From NCBI GenBank assembly GCA_030606265.1, contig JAUWGT010000002.1, positions 1 through 45,915 of the forward strand: a stretch of 45,915 nt of DNA, read 5' to 3'. The position numbers and the translations under genes were made by a program. This document shows positions 43,301 to 45,915 of the stretch, one piece after another. The notes below the pieces were generated by a model. The model was given only the letters and a program-made list of their open reading frames with translations. It ran no database searches and was not told where the DNA came from. The DNA is from Candidatus Stahliibacteriota bacterium (GTDB lineage Bacteria; Hydrothermota; Tepidihabitantia; SM23-42). Within the stretch, counting starts at the first letter, position 1; every line of letters starts with the position of its first letter.

Positions 43301-43682
43301 GATATACTCTAATGATCCCAATGAAAACCCTTATTCTGAGCCTGTTTGCCTGATAACAGGAATTGTCGGGATTGAAGAAACTGAAAAGACAAGCCAATTG
43401 CCGATGGCGAATACATTGTATCATACCAGTCCTAATCCATTTAGGTCAGCGACTCAAATTAATTACAGCGTAGCAAACGAGAGCAAGGTTAAGCTTGTTG
43501 TGTATAATGTTTTGGGACAACAGATAAAAACCTTGGTAAATAAAAAACTGTTGCGTGGTCATTACGAGACAACCTGGGATGCAAAGGATGATAAAGGACG
43601 CAAGATGTCTGATGGAATTTACTTTGTACGATTAGAATCTGAAGGATTTAAGCAAACCCAAAAAGTGATTCTGCTCAAATAG
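40365..43682 (+). CDS. Subtilisin-family (S8) serine protease with N-terminal beta-propeller repeats and T9SS sorting domain
   Basis: GTG start 6 nt after AAGGAGG. About nine repeats ERW(V/I)Y....(Y)GSDGNIY(I/V). Catalytic triad LDTGVRWSHHDL, HGTHVAGT, SGTSMATPHLAG. C-terminus SPNPF...VYNVLGQQI...WDAKDDKGRKMSDGIYFVRL...QKVILLK. Confidence 0.9.
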   Translation: MFAEYKRVIGVFLLAGILHPMFGQTQEWVYTYNGSTDEHDRFNSIVYGGDGNIYVSGFSDVQWPSLPGDFIIVSFDTSGTERWFYRQAFGSASYPASKIIWAGDGNIYAGTSNFVISLTPSGTERWVYSDASSVNSIDYGSDGNLYIASGNDVISLTTGGVERWVYPGIGYGYDIVYGSDGNIYIASKKDDKFTVVSLTSGGNERWIYSYNGPLDDDYAKSIVFGSDGNIYAAGKIRTDHYSDLFVVSLTPSNVERWTYIYSGPGAYWDYAADMTMGLDGNLYVTGKGGYGGSQGDIIILSFTPLGNRRWLYNYNGPGGSSDCAYAVSYGLDGNIYVSGESVGFGSYDAVAISLTPFGNKRWVYRYNGGDEDASWSSIYGSDGRLYICGDTYRNIPTFNADLLLIKVNPGATGVSDISTNPAELIFDFSSKDYQDSWCPSETRVSSVVPIAQDLIEKLENLPAYELIPIIILMSEQLNTTALQDQIRDLPKTERRSFVTSKAKSLAQRTQEQILSFLDVKKSEGKANDISSLWIVNSISAEASSDVIRELSKMPGVCQLWFDGDYFHALEDIGPKRKIITRDIAWGVEKIRANDVWNNLGYTGKGIIVGVLDTGVRWSHHDLEDHMWDGGTLYPHHGWNFVSDHNSPADDNGHGTHVAGTIAGDGTSGTQTGVAPDAQIMVLKILNSSGSGSLSDMAKAVQFAVDHNADIVNVSVGSANPSDGTKDYCRDMCNMAYAADLPMAIAAGNGDGAGGHFAIPYDIYTPGDVPAPWYGSTGHSASMTVGATDNNDIIAGFSSYGPTQWNTSIYADYLYPPGLIKPDVSAPGVNITSLLHTSASGYTIKSGTSMATPHLAGTIALILEKNPFLTCSQIDSIIENFGVVDLGNPGKDTYYGAGRLDAYDAVEAVQATVAEKGVFYIRNAASATGNLEFDELSWQANWITEAIPASYAVGPGESTVVKVYVDTSGLASGTYWDTLRIYSNDPNENPYSEPVCLITGIVGIEETEKTSQLPMANTLYHTSPNPFRSATQINYSVANESKVKLVVYNVLGQQIKTLVNKKLLRGHYETTWDAKDDKGRKMSDGIYFVRLESEGFKQTQKVILLK

Positions 43683-43906
43683 AAAGCCGTACTCGTCCCG
43701 ATTCTCGTGGATCCTCGTCCTTCAGACGGGATAATTCGTTTTTCGTATTCGTCAGTACAAGATGTAGTGGTTTGCCCGCTCACGAGACTCTCGGAGATTT
43801 ATCAAACAATGCCCGATGAATCCCGTAATCCTATTTATAGAATTATAATACGAAGCGGGATGAATCGGGCGACTACAGTGGATTTTCCGATACTCCATTT
43901 CATAAA

Positions 43907-44131
43907 TCATTTCCGTTTCTCCGATACTCCGTTACCCCCATACTCCCGTACCATCTTTTCTATCTCTTCTGAATTAGAAATTATCTTGGTAACCCTCTCA
44001 ACCACTCTCTTCGCATCCGCTCTATTCCCGTGTTCAAAACAACTTTTCGCAAAGTGTAGTACCTCACTCTCCAATTTATTTAGTATCACCCGGCGCATTG
44101 TTTCTGAAGTATCAAAATACCCATACTTGAC
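43907..44131 (-). pseudogene. 3' remnant of a third regulator paralogue
   Basis: Encodes ...MRRVILNKLESEVLHFAKSCFEHGNRADAKRVVERVTKIISNSEEIEKM, which aligns with the last ~60 aa of regulators A and B (HMRRVILNELEGETMHFVKSCLEH...AKKVLERVLKIIPNSEE). No upstream domains. Its 5' side runs into the oppositely oriented GGDEF gene. Confidence 0.6.
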
Positions 44132-44159
44132 ACCGAAAACTTGAGAGTTATAATCGCAA

Positions 44160-45915
44160 ATGAAGGCTAAGAGACCCTCACGATTGGCAATTGTTGATCA
44201 CCTTACAGGTTTATACAACCGTCGACATTTTGATAAATGCTTGAAGAAGTTTATCTTAGAGGCAAAAAAGAAGAAAAAACATTTTTCTCTATTAATGATT
44301 GATATTGATAAATTTAAGGACGTAAATGATAAATATGGACATCTGGTGGGAGATACGGTTTTAAATGATTCAGCAAAAGTTTTGAAAGCCTCAGTGCGTA
44401 AGCCCGATATCTGTTTTCGCTATGGCGGTGACGAGATCGCAGTTCTCTTACCTAATGCTGACCAAAAGACGTCCGGAAATATTGCGGTGCGTTTAAAGAG
44501 CAAGGTCGAGAAATATAAATTCGCTACTAAAAATGGACTTAAGTTGCGTTTAAAATTGAGCATTGGTTTGGCAGTTTTCCCGGCCGATGGGCAAAAGCCT
44601 GAAGATTTAATCAAACAAGCTGACGTATTGTTATATAAGGTAAAGAGTAAGAAAAAAACGACAAGGAAAATCACTGAACCGTTCGTCTTAGAGACTAAAC
44701 TTATCCCTCCAGGACTAAAAGAAAATACGATTTCCCGTCCTAAATTGCTCTCTTTACTTAAGAAAAATTTTAATAAGAAGTTGATTCTTATCATCGCTGA
44801 TGCCGGTTATGGCAAGACGACACTTCTTTCTCATATGATAGAAGATAAAAAATCGCCTTATGTCTTTTATGATTTAGACAGATCGGACAGCGATTTCGCG
44901 GTCTTTTTCTCTTATTTAATGCATGGCTTTGAGCAGACCGATCCTGGCTTGGTAGAACGTTCCCGGCTGTTATCAACGCAAGGAGGAGAGATTGTAAGGA
45001 ACTATGAATTGGTGATGGGGACATTAATCAACGAGTTGGTGGAAAAGCTAAATGAGAAGTTGTTTATTTTCCTAGACGACTATCATAGCCTTACCGAGGA
45101 CAGTTTGGTCCATAAGGCATTAGATTATTTTATCGACCATTTGCCGGCTATGGTCTACGTAGTAATTGCCTCGCGTTCGATTCCTCCGCTCGTTTCATTG
45201 ACTAAGTGGCGGTCCAAACAGGATCTGTTTGAACTCGCGCGAGAAGAACTGCGGTTTACGGCTGAGGAATTGAAGACGTTACTCGCTGACGTTTACAAGA
45301 TGGCCCTTGGTGAAGATGAGTTGATGCGGGTTACGTCGGAGACCGAAGGTTGGATTACAGGAATACAACTCACTCTGCAATCAGCCGAAAAAGACGGAAA
45401 CACCTTGAAGCAGACCTTGAATGGCTACTTGGAGTCGAATCAGCCTTTGTTTAAATATTTTGCCAATGAGATTTTTAACGGTGAGCCGTTAGCGGTAAAG
45501 GATTTCTTGTTGAAAAGTTCGGTCCTAGACATTATGACGATCGAAGCATGCAATTGCGTTTTAGAAATAAAAGATTCAAAAAGATTACTGAGTGATCTTG
45601 AGAAACGTAATCTATTTGTCTACTCGATTGGCAAAGGAGAGTATAGGTATCATCGTCTTTTCCAACAGTTCCTAGAAGAGCATAGCAGGAATAAGAAATT
45701 TAGGAGAGGGCTCAATCTCAAAGCCGCAAAGTACTATCAAAAGAAAGGACAATTGGAACGAGCGGTCCGATATTATTTAGATGCTGAAAGTTATAGATTT
45801 GCCAGTAACGCGATCGTCAGGATGACCAAAGACATGGTGGAACAAGCACGATTTTCTACACTCCAAGACTGGCTCCAGCAAATTCCGGAAAGTATGTTTG
45901 AGAAACAGCCGTATC
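44160..45915 (+). CDS. GGDEF domain fused to MalT/LuxR-type STAND NTPase (partial, 3' end outside window)
   Basis: Not in the ORF track because no stop lies inside the window. 585 open codons from ATG 44160. GGDEF core DHLTGLYNRRHF, DIDKFKDVNDKYGHLVGD, RYGGDEIAVLL with RKPD I-site spacing. Then P-loop IIADAGYGKTTL, Walker B LFIFLDDYH, and MalT-like ETEGWITGIQL and YRYHRLFQQFL. Confidence 0.8.
   Translation, partial: MKAKRPSRLAIVDHLTGLYNRRHFDKCLKKFILEAKKKKKHFSLLMIDIDKFKDVNDKYGHLVGDTVLNDSAKVLKASVRKPDICFRYGGDEIAVLLPNADQKTSGNIAVRLKSKVEKYKFATKNGLKLRLKLSIGLAVFPADGQKPEDLIKQADVLLYKVKSKKKTTRKITEPFVLETKLIPPGLKENTISRPKLLSLLKKNFNKKLILIIADAGYGKTTLLSHMIEDKKSPYVFYDLDRSDSDFAVFFSYLMHGFEQTDPGLVERSRLLSTQGGEIVRNYELVMGTLINELVEKLNEKLFIFLDDYHSLTEDSLVHKALDYFIDHLPAMVYVVIASRSIPPLVSLTKWRSKQDLFELAREELRFTAEELKTLLADVYKMALGEDELMRVTSETEGWITGIQLTLQSAEKDGNTLKQTLNGYLESNQPLFKYFANEIFNGEPLAVKDFLLKSSVLDIMTIEACNCVLEIKDSKRLLSDLEKRNLFVYSIGKGEYRYHRLFQQFLEEHSRNKKFRRGLNLKAAKYYQKKGQLERAVRYYLDAESYRFASNAIVRMTKDMVEQARFSTLQDWLQQIPESMFEKQPY

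Noticed and set aside
1-45915. CRISPR arrays, rRNA/tRNA genes, prophage or integrase signatures
   Set aside because: Reading both strands turned up no regularly spaced direct repeats, no rRNA-like or cloverleaf-forming segments, and no integrase, recombinase or phage structural motifs.

Overview
This 45.9-kb chromosomal window appears to come from an uncultivated, probably anaerobic Gram-negative bacterium of FCB-superphylum type. Supporting signs: six secreted proteins end in a T9SS C-terminal sorting domain, a rubredoxin is present, and E. coli-like cTTGACA-N16-TAnnnT promoters are readable throughout.

Positions 1-30.2 kb hold mixed housekeeping and accessory genes: a DUF885 protein, a VIT-vWA protein, DUF3795, threonine aldolase, SRAP/YedK, a PurF paralogue, a cold-shock protein, rubredoxin, an MBL hydrolase and a Ser/Thr kinase. 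This part ends with a TetR-controlled RND efflux operon that has a perfect palindromic operator.

Positions 30.6-45.9 kb form a visibly AT-richer island:
- Two paralogous ~750-aa regulators (transposase-type HTH + TPR-like region + winged-helix/BTAD), each divergently paired with T9SS-secreted subtilases or beta-propeller proteins.
- A decayed third regulator copy.
- A GGDEF-STAND (MalT-like) gene that runs off the window.

Most unusual observations:
1. Three unrelated genes (a DUF1625/TMEM43-like gene and two T9SS cargo genes) are each interrupted by exactly one in-frame TGA. Recognisable homology continues in the same frame, although TGA is a genuine terminator at other genes here.
2. The duplicated regulator-protease modules share a 48-nt perfectly identical block.
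3. A PurF paralogue has Ser in place of the catalytic Cys1.
4. A 58-aa rubredoxin gene and a 585-codon open-ended gene are absent from the ORF track.
5. Several transcripts look leaderless or translationally coupled.

No CRISPR array, rRNA, tRNA or intact mobile element was seen. All family assignments come from motif recognition by eye. No database search was possible.
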